Shown here: positions 18,861 to 28,834 of the stretch, in pieces
Layout of the letters: every line of letters starts with the position of its first letter
Position numbering within the stretch: the first letter of the stretch is position 1
NCBI GenBank assembly: GCA_044229265.1
Contig: JBGATK010000006.1
Location: 8,232-72,231 of the forward strand
Reading direction: 5' to 3'
Source: Minisyncoccia bacterium
GTDB taxonomy: Bacteria > Patescibacteriota > Minisyncoccia > Phycocordibacterales > UBA9973
DNA: 64,000 nucleotides
Notes under the pieces: model-generated
Database searches by the model: none
What the model saw: only the letters and a program-made list of their open reading frames with translations
What the model was told of the DNA's origin: nothing
Position numbers and translations under genes: made by a program

Positions 18861-20756
18861 ATGTCAAAAATAATAGGTATAGACTTAGGTACAACAAATA
18901 GTGCGGTGGCTATCATCGAAGGAGGACAGCCAAAAATTATAGAAAATATAGAAGGAGTACGAACTACACCTTCTGTGGTGAGTATTGCTAAAAATGGTGA
19001 TAGACTGGTAGGCTTGCTTGCAAAACGTCAAGCTGTCACAAATCCTGAAAATACCGTTTATGGTATCAAGCGTTTTATGGGCCATAATTTTGAAGATCCA
19101 GAAGTGCAAAAGGATTTGAAGAATGCATCATTCAAAATTCAAAAAGGATCAACTGGTGGAGTGGAAGTTAAGATTGGCGATAAATGGATGCGTCCAGAAG
19201 AAATCTCTGCCATGATTTTAACTAAAATTAAAACTGATGTTGAAGCAAAATTAGGAACTAAAATTACCGAAGCAGTGATCACCGTGCCAGCATACTTTAA
19301 CGATGCACAAAGAAAAGCTACCAAAGATGCAGGAGCTATCGCTGGGCTTGATGTAAAAAGAATTATCAACGAGCCTACAGCTGCAGCCCTTGCCTATGGT
19401 TTCGATAAAAAGAAAAATGAAAAGGTAGTGGTGTATGACTTTGGAGGAGGAACATTCGATGTGTCAGTTCTCGAAATCGGTGATGATGTTATAGAGGTGA
19501 AATCAACTGATGGAGACTCCCATTTAGGAGGTCGTGATATTGATCACAAGATTATAGCTTGGATCGCAGAAGAATTTAAAAAGACCTCTGGTGTGGATGT
19601 TCGTTCTGATAAGCTTGCTCTTCAGCGTCTTGATGAAGCTGCAGAAAAAGCAAAGATAGAGCTCTCTACTGCTATTGAAACAGAGATAAATATTCCTTTC
19701 ATTACGAGTACCGAAGCTGGACCTCAACACCTCTTACTCAAGATGACTCGTGCACAATTAGAAAGTATTGCTGATGAGTACATAACTCGTTCAATTGAAA
19801 TCACAAAGAAAGCTTTAGCTGCTTCTGGTTTCAGTATGAATGATATAAATGAAATCATTATGGTTGGAGGTCAAACTCGTATGCCAAAGATTGTAGAAGA
19901 AGTTAAAAAAGTTTTTGGTAAAACTCCAAACCTCTCTATTAATCCAGATGAAGTTGTAGCACTTGGAGCTGCTGTGCAAGCTGGAGTTCTCGCAGGAGAT
20001 GTTAGAGATGTACTTCTTCTTGATGTCATACCACTTTCCCTTGGTATTGAAACTTTGGGTGGTGTAGCTACAAAATTAATTGAAAGAAACACTACAATCC
20101 CTGCAAATAAATCTCAAGTATTCTCTACAGCAGCTGATAATCAAACCAGTGTAGAAATTCATATAGTACAAGGTGAACGTCCTATGGCGAGCGACAACAA
20201 ATCTCTAGGTCGTTTTATTCTAGATGGAGTTCCACCTGCACCTCGTGGCATGCCACAGATAGAAGTCTCCTTTGATGTCGACGCAAATGGTATATTAAAT
20301 GTTACAGCTAAAGACAAAGCTTCAGGTAAAGCAAATTCTATAAAAATAGAAGCAAGCTCAGGTCTTAAAGATGAAGACATTAAAAAAATGCAGGCTGATG
20401 CGGAAATGCATGCCGAAGAAGATGCAAAGAAAAAAGAAATGGTTGATGTGAAAAATACTGCCGAGATGATACTCTATACAGCTGAGAAAGCAGTAAAAGA
20501 TGCTGGTGATAAAGTTTCTACTGAAATTAAAGCTGGTGTCGAAGGTAAAATTACAGCCCTCAAATCTGCAAAAGATGGTAGTGATATGGAAGCAATTAAA
20601 AAAGCTACCGAAGAACTCTCAAATGAAATGCAAAAGATAGGTGAGGCTATGGCGAAAAGTTCACCCGAGTCCGATGGAGGCGGACAGGCGAATCAAACAC
20701 CCGAACCTCAACCAGAAGAAATTAAAAACGAAAATCCTGAAGAGCCAAAAAATTAA
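18861..20756 (+). CDS. dnaK: molecular chaperone DnaK (Hsp70)
   Basis: [18 protein letters not shown], 631 aa. Confidence 0.97.
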   Translation: MSKIIGIDLGTTNSAVAIIEGGQPKIIENIEGVRTTPSVVSIAKNGDRLVGLLAKRQAVTNPENTVYGIKRFMGHNFEDPEVQKDLKNASFKIQKGSTGGVEVKIGDKWMRPEEISAMILTKIKTDVEAKLGTKITEAVITVPAYFNDAQRKATKDAGAIAGLDVKRIINEPTAAALAYGFDKKKNEKVVVYDFGGGTFDVSVLEIGDDVIEVKSTDGDSHLGGRDIDHKIIAWIAEEFKKTSGVDVRSDKLALQRLDEAAEKAKIELSTAIETEINIPFITSTEAGPQHLLLKMTRAQLESIADEYITRSIEITKKALAASGFSMNDINEIIMVGGQTRMPKIVEEVKKVFGKTPNLSINPDEVVALGAAVQAGVLAGDVRDVLLLDVIPLSLGIETLGGVATKLIERNTTIPANKSQVFSTAADNQTSVEIHIVQGERPMASDNKSLGRFILDGVPPAPRGMPQIEVSFDVDANGILNVTAKDKASGKANSIKIEASSGLKDEDIKKMQADAEMHAEEDAKKKEMVDVKNTAEMILYTAEKAVKDAGDKVSTEIKAGVEGKITALKSAKDGSDMEAIKKATEELSNEMQKIGEAMAKSSPESDGGGQANQTPEPQPEEIKNENPEEPKN

Positions 20757-20770
20757 TATTAAAAAAACAA

Positions 20771-20796
20771 AAAAACCCGAATTCGGGTTTTTTTGT
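20771..20796. terminator. intrinsic terminator after dnaK (bidirectional-looking)
   Basis: aaaaaaa-cccgaattcggg-ttttttt. Confidence 0.85.
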
Positions 20797-20797
20797 T

Positions 20798-20826
20798 TTG
20801 CTTTGCTCCTCTCTAGTTGTTATAAT
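20798..20826 (+). promoter_or_regulatory. sigma70-like promoter TTGCTT-17nt-TATAAT. The downstream gene would be nearly leaderless
   Basis: -10 ends 8 nt before the ATG at 20835. Confidence 0.45.
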
Positions 20827-20834
20827 TTAAGTAT

Positions 20835-23075
20835 ATGCATGGAGGGGAAGAAGATAAAAAAAGTAATGGCGATTTACCTGTAAATCGTGATTTAACCTAT
20901 ATCGGTAAAACAACGTATCGTGATAAAAACACGCTTTTTGGAATTAAAAGAAAAGATAGGCGTCAACATGTATATGTGCTCGGTAAATCTGGTACTGGTA
21001 AATCTGTTCTTCTTTCAAATATGATTGTGCAAAATATTCAAAATGGCGACGGTGTCGCTGTGGTGGATCCGCACGGAGAATTAGTCGAAGGAATACTTCA
21101 GTCTATCCCCGAAAATCGTCTAAAAGATGTAGTGTATTTTAATCCTGCAGATGTAGACTTTCATATTGGTTTTAATGTCTTAGAATTAGTGGATTTAAAA
21201 TACAAACACTTAGTTGCTTCTGGGCTCATGGGTATATTTACCAAAATTTGGGCTAATGCTTGGAGTGCGCGTATGGAATACATTCTGAACAATACAATCT
21301 TGGCTCTGCTCGATACTCCAGGCACCACACTTCTCGGTGTTCCTCGTATGCTTGTAGACAAAGATTATCGTCAACAAATAATAAATAATTTAAAAGACCC
21401 TGTTATTAAAGCTTTTTGGGTGCACGAATATGAAGCTTGGCAAGAAAAATTTCGTAATGAAGCGATCGCTCCTATTCAAAATAAAGTTGGGCAATTTCTC
21501 TCTACTTCTGTTATTCGCAATATTGTTGGACAAAGTAAAAGTACTATAAATATTTTTGATATGATGAATCAAGGGAAAATTTTCCTCGTGAACGTTTCTA
21601 AAGGACGTATTGGTGAAGATAACTCAAAACTTATCGGTGGTATGATTATTACCAAAATTCAGCTGGCTGCCATGGAGCGTGTGCGTATACCAGAAGACGA
21701 GCGTAAAGATTTTTATCTATATGTCGACGAATTCCAAAATTTCGTTACTGATTCTTTTGCTTCAATTTTATCTGAAGCTCGTAAATACCGCCTGAATTTG
21801 ACTGTGGCCCACCAATATACTGCTCAGCTTGTAACCAAAGAGAGTTCAAATGTTCGTGATGCTATTTTCGGCAACGTAGGAACTATGATAGTTTTTAGAG
21901 TTGGTGCGGATGATGCTGATTTTCTAGAAAAAGAATTTGCACCAGAATTCACACCAGAAGATTTAGTGAATTTGCCTAACTTTAAAATTTACCTAAAACT
22001 TATGATAGATGGCATAACCTCAAGGCCATTTTCTGCAAAAACATTACCTCCGATAATTAAAAAGCTTGATCATACTATAGAAGAACAAGTTATTAAAATG
22101 TCTCGAGAGCTTTATTGTCGCCCTCGTGATACTGTCGAAAATGAAATAAATCAGTGGAGTGGTATGTCTATAGACGATGGAGCTTCTGGCGGGGGAAATA
22201 CTGGTGAAAAATTCAAAGCAATTTGTTCGAATTGCGGTAAAGAAACTTTTGTGCCTTTTGAACCTACACCAGGCAGGCCTGTGTATTGCAAAGAGTGTGT
22301 AGCAAAAATAAAATCTGGCGAAGTAAAGCCAATACGAGGCGTTACGGGTCAAGAATTTCGTGACGATAGTAAATACTTTAAACCACTTGCTGATTTAGGT
22401 ATAGAATTTGAAAGTGGGGGTAGTGTTCAAAAAGAAAAACCAAAAGTTTTTCAAAATAATATTCCTAAACCTCCAGCTATGCCGTATATACCAAGAGTAA
22501 ACAATACTGCTCCCATGCAACAGCCACAAAAAACTTTTACACAAAATGTAAAGAAAGTATTAAATACAAATTTAACAGCACCATTTCATAAAAATAACGC
22601 TAATAATAGTGCTGGTAAACCCAGTGTGCCTAATAAAAATTTCGCAGATAAACCGAAAGAAAATTTAGCTCTTAAAGAAATTTTGAATAAAACCTTAAAT
22701 GAACAAAAAATTATTGAACTAAAAAAAGAAGAAAAAATAATAGAAGACAAGAAACCGACTCCAGCACCAATTTCCTTAAATACTTTACAAAGCAAACCCG
22801 TGAGTAATGATATAAAACCGACAAATGATCGCTCCGCCGGAGCCGATAAAATGAATTCTTTGAAAGATTTGCTTGCTAAAGTAGAGGGTGAGAGAAAAGA
22901 AAACGAAAAACCAATAGAAAATAAACCTCCAGAAATTCCTATTCCACAAAAAAATACACCACCCCGTTTTGATCAAGCTCAAAACACCCCTCCTTTAAAA
23001 GGTGGGGAAGAAAAAATACAACCCAAAGAAGTACCAGAAGAAGTCCTGAAGAAAATTCTAGAAGATGAAAATTAA
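20835..23075 (+). CDS. soluble TraD/TraG/VirD4-like (type IV coupling protein family) P-loop ATPase with C-terminal zinc ribbon and Pro/Lys-rich tail
   Basis: Walker A GKSGTGKS, DPHGE, Walker B YVDEFQNF, RKYRLNLTVAHQ, no N-terminal TM helices. CSNCGK..RPVYCKEC ribbon. Confidence 0.7.
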   Translation: MHGGEEDKKSNGDLPVNRDLTYIGKTTYRDKNTLFGIKRKDRRQHVYVLGKSGTGKSVLLSNMIVQNIQNGDGVAVVDPHGELVEGILQSIPENRLKDVVYFNPADVDFHIGFNVLELVDLKYKHLVASGLMGIFTKIWANAWSARMEYILNNTILALLDTPGTTLLGVPRMLVDKDYRQQIINNLKDPVIKAFWVHEYEAWQEKFRNEAIAPIQNKVGQFLSTSVIRNIVGQSKSTINIFDMMNQGKIFLVNVSKGRIGEDNSKLIGGMIITKIQLAAMERVRIPEDERKDFYLYVDEFQNFVTDSFASILSEARKYRLNLTVAHQYTAQLVTKESSNVRDAIFGNVGTMIVFRVGADDADFLEKEFAPEFTPEDLVNLPNFKIYLKLMIDGITSRPFSAKTLPPIIKKLDHTIEEQVIKMSRELYCRPRDTVENEINQWSGMSIDDGASGGGNTGEKFKAICSNCGKETFVPFEPTPGRPVYCKECVAKIKSGEVKPIRGVTGQEFRDDSKYFKPLADLGIEFESGGSVQKEKPKVFQNNIPKPPAMPYIPRVNNTAPMQQPQKTFTQNVKKVLNTNLTAPFHKNNANNSAGKPSVPNKNFADKPKENLALKEILNKTLNEQKIIELKKEEKIIEDKKPTPAPISLNTLQSKPVSNDIKPTNDRSAGADKMNSLKDLLAKVEGERKENEKPIENKPPEIPIPQKNTPPRFDQAQNTPPLKGGEEKIQPKEVPEEVLKKILEDEN

Positions 23076-24451
23076 ATTTTCTCTAGTTTTTGACCTGCAT
23101 TTGTATCTTTTACTTCAAAACCTAAAAGATTTATTTTTTTACGAATTTCATCAGCAAGAGTGAAGTTTTTTTCTACGCGAGCTTTTTCTCTTTCTGTAAG
23201 TAAACTAGCAACTTCGGTTGGTATTTCTAGATTCTGATTTTCAAGATTAATACCCAGAACAGATATTAACTCTTTAATAGTAGTTTTTTTATCAGCTTGT
23301 GAAAGTTTTTCATCTTTTATGATTTCCCAAATCAAAGCAAGAGCTCTCGGTGTATCTAAATCATTTTGCAAGAAATTTAAGAATTTCTCTTTATATTCTT
23401 TATTTATTTCACCCTCATTTTCACCTAAATCATTGTATAGATTTTGCAGGCGATTTAATGCATTTTGAGCACCCAAAACAGCTTCGAAATTAAAATTCAT
23501 CTTAGTTTTGTAATGAGCCATTAATAACCAAAAACGGTAGGCAGTGGGGGAGATACCTTTTTCTTCTAAAGATTTCAAAGTTAAAAAATTATTTTCTGAT
23601 TTTGCCATTTTTTCTCCACTAGTATCTATGAATTCATGATGAAGCCAGAAATTTACAAAAGGAACTTTTCCTGTAGCAGATTCGCTCTGGGCTATTTCAT
23701 TTGTATGGTGCACTGATATGTGGTCTATGCCACCAGTGTGAATATCAAATTGTTCACCTAAAAATTTTATTCCAATTGTTGAGCATTCTATATGCCAACC
23801 AGGGAAACCTATTCCAAAAGGTGATTCGAACCCCAAGTTAGTATCACTCTTTTTCCAAAGAGCAAAATCTTCAGGATTTTTTTTCTCAGAATTTTCAGCA
23901 ATACGAGCGTGACCCATATCTATTTTTCTATTTCCACCCCAAAGCACGCCGTAATTAGGCATTTTTTCTGTATCAAAATAGATACCACTTGAAATAGAAT
24001 AAGCATAACCCCTCTCTTGTAATTTTTCTATAAGCTCTATATTTTCTTTTATATAATCAGAAGCAAAATAAGGTCCTTCTGGCGCTAATATATTTAAATC
24101 TTTTAAATCATTCATAAAAGCTTTAGTGTAAAATTCTGCGAGTTCGCGCATATTTTTCAAGGTGAGTTCTTTGCCAACACGTAGTAAGCCTTTTGTCATT
24201 TTATCTTCACCAGTATCAGCATCACTAACTAAGTGACCAATATCAGTGATATTCATTACTTGCTTTACATTATAACCTCCATAAAGTAATGCCCGGCGGA
24301 GTGTATCAGCGAAAACATAAGATCGTAGATTTCCAATATGTGCATAATTGTAAACTGTCGGTCCGCAAGTATACATCAAAACCTGTGCCTCATTTATCGG
24401 CTTAAAATTTTGAATATCGTGAGTTCTAGTGTTGTAAAATTTAAATGACAT
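23072..24451 (-). CDS. cysS: cysteine--tRNA ligase
   Basis: HIGN (HIGH) and KMAKS motifs, CGPTVY zinc site, 459 aa. Confidence 0.95.
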   Translation of the reverse strand: MSFKFYNTRTHDIQNFKPINEAQVLMYTCGPTVYNYAHIGNLRSYVFADTLRRALLYGGYNVKQVMNITDIGHLVSDADTGEDKMTKGLLRVGKELTLKNMRELAEFYTKAFMNDLKDLNILAPEGPYFASDYIKENIELIEKLQERGYAYSISSGIYFDTEKMPNYGVLWGGNRKIDMGHARIAENSEKKNPEDFALWKKSDTNLGFESPFGIGFPGWHIECSTIGIKFLGEQFDIHTGGIDHISVHHTNEIAQSESATGKVPFVNFWLHHEFIDTSGEKMAKSENNFLTLKSLEEKGISPTAYRFWLLMAHYKTKMNFNFEAVLGAQNALNRLQNLYNDLGENEGEINKEYKEKFLNFLQNDLDTPRALALIWEIIKDEKLSQADKKTTIKELISVLGINLENQNLEIPTEVASLLTEREKARVEKNFTLADEIRKKINLLGFEVKDTNAGQKLEKI

Positions 24452-25466
24452 TTTCTTTACTGTCGCTGTATTCTATTTTATATATAGATATTAATGCATA
24501 AAGCAAAGCCAGTGTAAGAGGCCCCATAAGTATACCAATAGGTCCAAGTAGAGATATGCCACCTAGAACAGAGATAAGTATGAGTAATGGCGGAATATTT
24601 ATTTTTCCAGATACAACATAAGGTGACAATAGATTGTCCACAATACCAACTATAGCTACAGACCAAATTAGAAGTCCCAGTGCTCCAGCACTATTGCCTC
24701 CAAGAAGTAAAAATATTATAGCGGGTCCTGAGATGAAACCAGTTCCTACCATAGGTATAAGTGATGCAATACCAGCTACAACTCCCCAAAGTGCAGAGTG
24801 AGGAACACCGAAAATCCAAAGTCCTACAGAAGAAAGTATTCCTTGCACTACAGCTATTAGTAGATATCCTTTAACTACACCATTTACTGCTATTTTTAAT
24901 TTATTTATGATTTTTTCATCGTCTTTATCATTAAGAGGAGAGAGATCAATTAAATATTTTTTCCAACGCGCTCCATCTTTTAAGAAATAATACATAGCGA
25001 GAAGCATTAAAGTGAAATCAAAAAATGCAGCTAAGGTTGAAGTAAATATTTTTGCTGTATTTTCTGATATAAAGAATACAATATCTGTAACTTTTTCTTG
25101 TGCATTAAAATCTACTCCTTCTGGCAAAAGCTTATTGATACTTGTATTTATAGTGTCTAAATACACAGCAGAATCACCACTACTAAAACTAGAATATAAA
25201 TCTTGGCTTTGATTGAAGACTATCACTCCTATACCAAGAATAGGTCCGAGGAGGACAATCATAAATATCATAACAGTAAAAAAACTTGCCATACCAGGAT
25301 TCATGTGTTTTTTACTAAACCATTCTTTCAGAGGCTTCAGGATAATGGCAAAAGAAACACCAAGGATTATTACTATCCAAAAACGACTAAAAATAAAGGC
25401 TGTGAATACAAAAGTGGCGAGTAATAGCCCAAAAAAGAAGTATCTTTCTATTATTTTTGTTTGCAT
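24441..25466 (-). CDS. AI-2E family (UPF0118, PerM-like) membrane transporter
   Basis: eight TM helices. ORF trimmed to Met at 25466 because the upstream extension is antisense to rplU. Confidence 0.7.
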   Translation of the reverse strand: MQTKIIERYFFFGLLLATFVFTAFIFSRFWIVIILGVSFAIILKPLKEWFSKKHMNPGMASFFTVMIFMIVLLGPILGIGVIVFNQSQDLYSSFSSGDSAVYLDTINTSINKLLPEGVDFNAQEKVTDIVFFISENTAKIFTSTLAAFFDFTLMLLAMYYFLKDGARWKKYLIDLSPLNDKDDEKIINKLKIAVNGVVKGYLLIAVVQGILSSVGLWIFGVPHSALWGVVAGIASLIPMVGTGFISGPAIIFLLLGGNSAGALGLLIWSVAIVGIVDNLLSPYVVSGKINIPPLLILISVLGGISLLGPIGILMGPLTLALLYALISIYKIEYSDSKENVI

Positions 25467-25533
25467 GCCGTATATTATACCAATAAATGGTATAGACTTG
25501 CAATTTAATTTAAAATCGTATATTATAGAATTT

Positions 25534-25851
25534 ATGGAATTTGCAGTAATACAAACAGGCGGAAAACAATACAAGGCGTCAAAAGGCGTAGTTTTGACTA
25601 TCGAAAAAATACTTGGCGAATATAAAAAAGGCGATAAAATAGCTTTTGATAAAGTACTTTTGGTAGACAACGGCACTGACACTACTATTGGCACACCTTT
25701 TATAGATGGAGCAAAAGTAGAGGCTGAAATCACTGAAATAGGCAGAGCAAAAAAGGTTTTAGTTATGAAATATAAACAAAAATCTCGCTACTTAAAACGT
25801 AATGGTCACCGTCAACCATTCTTTAAAGTCAAAATCACTGATATAAAATAA
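25534..25851 (+). CDS. rplU: 50S ribosomal protein L21
   Basis: MEFAVIQTGGKQYK start, 105 aa. Confidence 0.92.
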   Translation: MEFAVIQTGGKQYKASKGVVLTIEKILGEYKKGDKIAFDKVLLVDNGTDTTIGTPFIDGAKVEAEITEIGRAKKVLVMKYKQKSRYLKRNGHRQPFFKVKITDIK

Positions 25852-25859
25852 AACTCAAA

Positions 25860-25895
25860 AGAGCCCGACCATAATGGTCGGGCTCTTTACTTTTG
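25860..25895 (+). terminator. intrinsic terminator after rplU
   Basis: agagcccgacc/ggtcgggctct stem plus T-rich tail. Confidence 0.8.
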
Positions 25896-25930
25896 TATAT
25901 TTTTATTGTATTGTAAAGAAAAAAGTATAT

Positions 25931-26236
25931 ATGTTAAATACAAAATTGTTTCATTTTATAATAAATAAAATGACTGACAACACGAATAATCTTGCAAATT
26001 TCATTTGTATAAGTATCAATGACTCATCTATGAGTTTTGAATCAGAAAAGATTCAAGATTTAGCTAAACAAATTAATGAGATCCATTCCGGAAGGAAACA
26101 GCAAGATAGAGGCAGTGAACTTTTATTTTTGTTTTCTTTTAAGGGTGGAATATTGCTTGGAAGTGGAGAAAAGAAATTTTTAAAAGAATTAAATGAGGAA
26201 GAGCAATGTATTTTTTTTCAAAATTTAAAAATTTAG
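25931..26236 (+). CDS. hypothetical protein (101 aa)
   Basis: ORF following the rplU terminator. Start chosen downstream of the terminator. Confidence 0.4.
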   Translation: MLNTKLFHFIINKMTDNTNNLANFICISINDSSMSFESEKIQDLAKQINEIHSGRKQQDRGSELLFLFSFKGGILLGSGEKKFLKELNEEEQCIFFQNLKI

Positions 26237-26240
26237 TTCT

Positions 26241-26675
26241 ATGAAAAGAAAGTTGATTTATCTTTTGTATCAACACTTTGATGACAAAAGGCTTTTATTT
26301 GGATTCGGATTTCTAATTTCAACCTTAATGTTTCTTTTTATGTATTTATTAAAAAGAGAAGGATTAGAAGTTATGCAGTTATTATTTTTCATTTTTTCAA
26401 TAACTTTTGTTATTATATTTTTCTTTACTTTAGGTCAAAAAGGTTTTGAGATATCAAGACAAAAAAAGATGTTTGAATATTATTTAAATATCTTAAATAA
26501 TGACTTAAGTACAATTGAACAAAAAGAAAAAGCCAGTTTATTTTTAATAGATCATCCAGATATTACTGAAGAAGTAATCTGGCTAATTATTGAAGAGAAC
26601 GAAAATAACGAAAAAGTTCGAGATCTTGCTCTCGATAAATATAACTCTATGAAACAAAAAAATAATAGCTCTTAG
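26241..26675 (+). CDS. hypothetical membrane protein (144 aa)
   Basis: two TM helices then an acidic tail. Confidence 0.45.
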   Translation: MKRKLIYLLYQHFDDKRLLFGFGFLISTLMFLFMYLLKREGLEVMQLLFFIFSITFVIIFFFTLGQKGFEISRQKKMFEYYLNILNNDLSTIEQKEKASLFLIDHPDITEEVIWLIIEENENNEKVRDLALDKYNSMKQKNNSS

Positions 26676-26690
26676 AAATAAGGGCTATTT

Positions 26691-27311
26691 TTATTGCCTA
26701 TTTTTTAGGGCGTTTTTTAGTGTATCGTTGTCTGAATATTCGAGCTCGGTTCCGGTGGAGAGGCCTCGTCCGAGAGAAGAGATTTTTATATTATTTTTTT
26801 CACAAATTTGCCTCAGTTCGCTACGTATATAAAAATCTGTATGATCACCTTGAGGCGACAGTGAAAAGGCTAGAATTATCTCAGTAAATTTGTCTGAGGT
26901 ATTTTTTGTTAATAGATTTTTGAGTTCATCTATCCGAATTTTTTTATTAGTATTTTTCTCTACTATTGGCACAAGTCCACCGAGAATAAAATATTTACCA
27001 TGATACTCTTTTGATTTATGCATACTTTCTAAATCAGAATCTTTTTCTAAAATCATCAGTAGGGAATTGTCAGTATTTGGCGAAGAACAAATATCACAAA
27101 TCTCGTTCTGACCATTTTGATTGAAATGAAAAAAGCGAAAACAATCCTTGCACTGAGCCACTTCTTTTTTTAGTTCGTTTACGAGGCGAGACAGATTTTG
27201 ATTGTAATCGTTATTTTTAGACATTAAAAAATACACAAAACGTCTAGCTTGACGTTCGCCTATACCAGGGAATTCTTTAAATATTTCGGTAAGTTTTTCT
27301 ACGCTATTCAC
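26691..27311 (-). CDS. recR: recombination protein RecR
   Basis: HhH N-terminus FPGIGERQARR, C4 zinc finger, Toprim. Confidence 0.93.
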   Translation of the reverse strand: MNSVEKLTEIFKEFPGIGERQARRFVYFLMSKNNDYNQNLSRLVNELKKEVAQCKDCFRFFHFNQNGQNEICDICSSPNTDNSLLMILEKDSDLESMHKSKEYHGKYFILGGLVPIVEKNTNKKIRIDELKNLLTKNTSDKFTEIILAFSLSPQGDHTDFYIRSELRQICEKNNIKISSLGRGLSTGTELEYSDNDTLKNALKNRQ

Positions 27312-27336
27312 AGGACTATTTTAACATATTTTTATT

Positions 27337-28728
27337 TTAAAAATCTTCAAAATCACCAGCGGTTTTATTTTGCGAAAATTCGTTTATGCTATTTTTTTCA
27401 ATACTAAGGAACGTTGTGCTTTTTTCATCAAAATAAAGTTCTACTTTACCTACAGGGCCATTGCGGTGTTTTTCGACAAGAATTTCAGCTATATTGGTGC
27501 GCTCGTGCTCTTCTTTTCCTTTGTCTTCGCGGTGAATAAACATCACCACATCAGCATCTTGTTCGATAGATCCTGAATCACGCAAATCAGAAAGGCGAGG
27601 CTTGCCACCACGAGTCTCCACAGCACGGGAAAGCTGAGAAAGTGCGACCACAGGTACATCGAGCTCTTTGGCGAGGGCCTTGAGAGAACGAGATATTTCT
27701 GTAACTTGGTTCACCATCGAATCATAATTTTTACTTGTAGTCATGAGTTGCAAGTAGTCGACGACAATAAGGTCGAGGCCTTTCTCAGCTTTAACTCTAC
27801 GAGCGAGGGCTTTCATATTTACAATCGAATTTCCAGCACGATCATCGATAACGATTTGAGCTTTAGCTAATTTATCCAAAGAATCACGAAGTAAAGCAAA
27901 TTCACGATCAGAAGAAAGTTTGCCTGTGCGTAAGTGAAAAGCATTTACATTGGATTGGGCGCCAAGCAATCTATCGACTAATTGTTGAGAAGACATTTCG
28001 AGTGAAAATATCAATACAGATTTATTGTGATTTACTGCACTCATGCGAGCCATATCGAGGGCAAAAGTAGTTTTACCAACGGAAGGACGAGCAGCAAGTA
28101 TGACTAGGTCAGTCTTTTGAAGTCCAGAAAGTAGGGTATCGAGATCACGAAAGCCAGTAGGTATACCTCGAAGTTCTCCTTTATTGGCATGTAATTTTTC
28201 TAAACGTTCCCAAGCTTCGGGTAGGGCATCCTTGAGCTCTACGAATTGCTGATTTTTAGGACTAGAAACAATATTAAAAATTCTTTTTTCGGCTTCATCT
28301 AAAACTTCTTCTATTTTGTCATCACCTTCAGAAAATGCTTTTTCAGAAATAAAATCTGCAGCATCTATCAGAGAGCGCAAGATAAATTTCTTTTCGACAA
28401 TTTGCGCATAATATTTTACATTGGCAGATGATGGCACAGAATTCGCTAGGTCGGCCAAGTATTTATTACCACCGATAGAATCAAGCAAACCTTTCTCATT
28501 TAATTTTGTGGAAAGTGAAAGCATATCAATAGGTTCATGCTTGCCAAATAGTTCGAGCATGGCATTGAAAATAATTTTATGTTTTTCGCTATAAAAAGTT
28601 TCTGGTAATAAAATATCTTCCACTTCATGTATAGCGTCTTTACGTAACATAATAGAGCCGAGTACTGCTTGCTCAGCATCGATATTTTGTGGGGGGATTC
28701 TAATACCATTTTTGTTTCCTTTTGACAT
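27337..28728 (-). CDS. dnaB: replicative DNA helicase DnaB
   Basis: Walker A GARPSVGKTTFAL, RecA-like C-domain, 463 aa. Confidence 0.95.
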   Translation of the reverse strand: MSKGNKNGIRIPPQNIDAEQAVLGSIMLRKDAIHEVEDILLPETFYSEKHKIIFNAMLELFGKHEPIDMLSLSTKLNEKGLLDSIGGNKYLADLANSVPSSANVKYYAQIVEKKFILRSLIDAADFISEKAFSEGDDKIEEVLDEAEKRIFNIVSSPKNQQFVELKDALPEAWERLEKLHANKGELRGIPTGFRDLDTLLSGLQKTDLVILAARPSVGKTTFALDMARMSAVNHNKSVLIFSLEMSSQQLVDRLLGAQSNVNAFHLRTGKLSSDREFALLRDSLDKLAKAQIVIDDRAGNSIVNMKALARRVKAEKGLDLIVVDYLQLMTTSKNYDSMVNQVTEISRSLKALAKELDVPVVALSQLSRAVETRGGKPRLSDLRDSGSIEQDADVVMFIHREDKGKEEHERTNIAEILVEKHRNGPVGKVELYFDEKSTTFLSIEKNSINEFSQNKTAGDFEDF

Positions 28729-28783
28729 ATGTTTTATTCTAGCAATAGGGAAGTAATAATCAAAATAAAAAAGTGCCTAAACC

Positions 28784-28803
28784 TGTGGTTAAAATGTGGA
28801 TAG
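28784..28803. promoter_or_regulatory. two adjacent DnaA-box-like 9-mers upstream of dnaB
   Basis: TGTGGTTAA (7 of 9) and TGTGGATAG (8 of 9) against TGTGGATAA, in the dnaB/trpS divergent region. Confidence 0.3.
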
Positions 28804-28834
28804 TAAAATAGTAAATTTATGCTAATATATAGCT

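Noticed and set aside
20641-20883. 80-aa ORF overlapping the dnaK 3' end and the T4CP-like gene start
   Set aside because: It spans a terminator and a promoter and is out of frame with both supported genes, so it is spurious.
25467-25733. N-terminal 89 residues of the 430-aa minus-strand ORF 24441-25733
   Set aside because: This segment is the antisense translation of rplU. The transporter starts at the Met at 25466.
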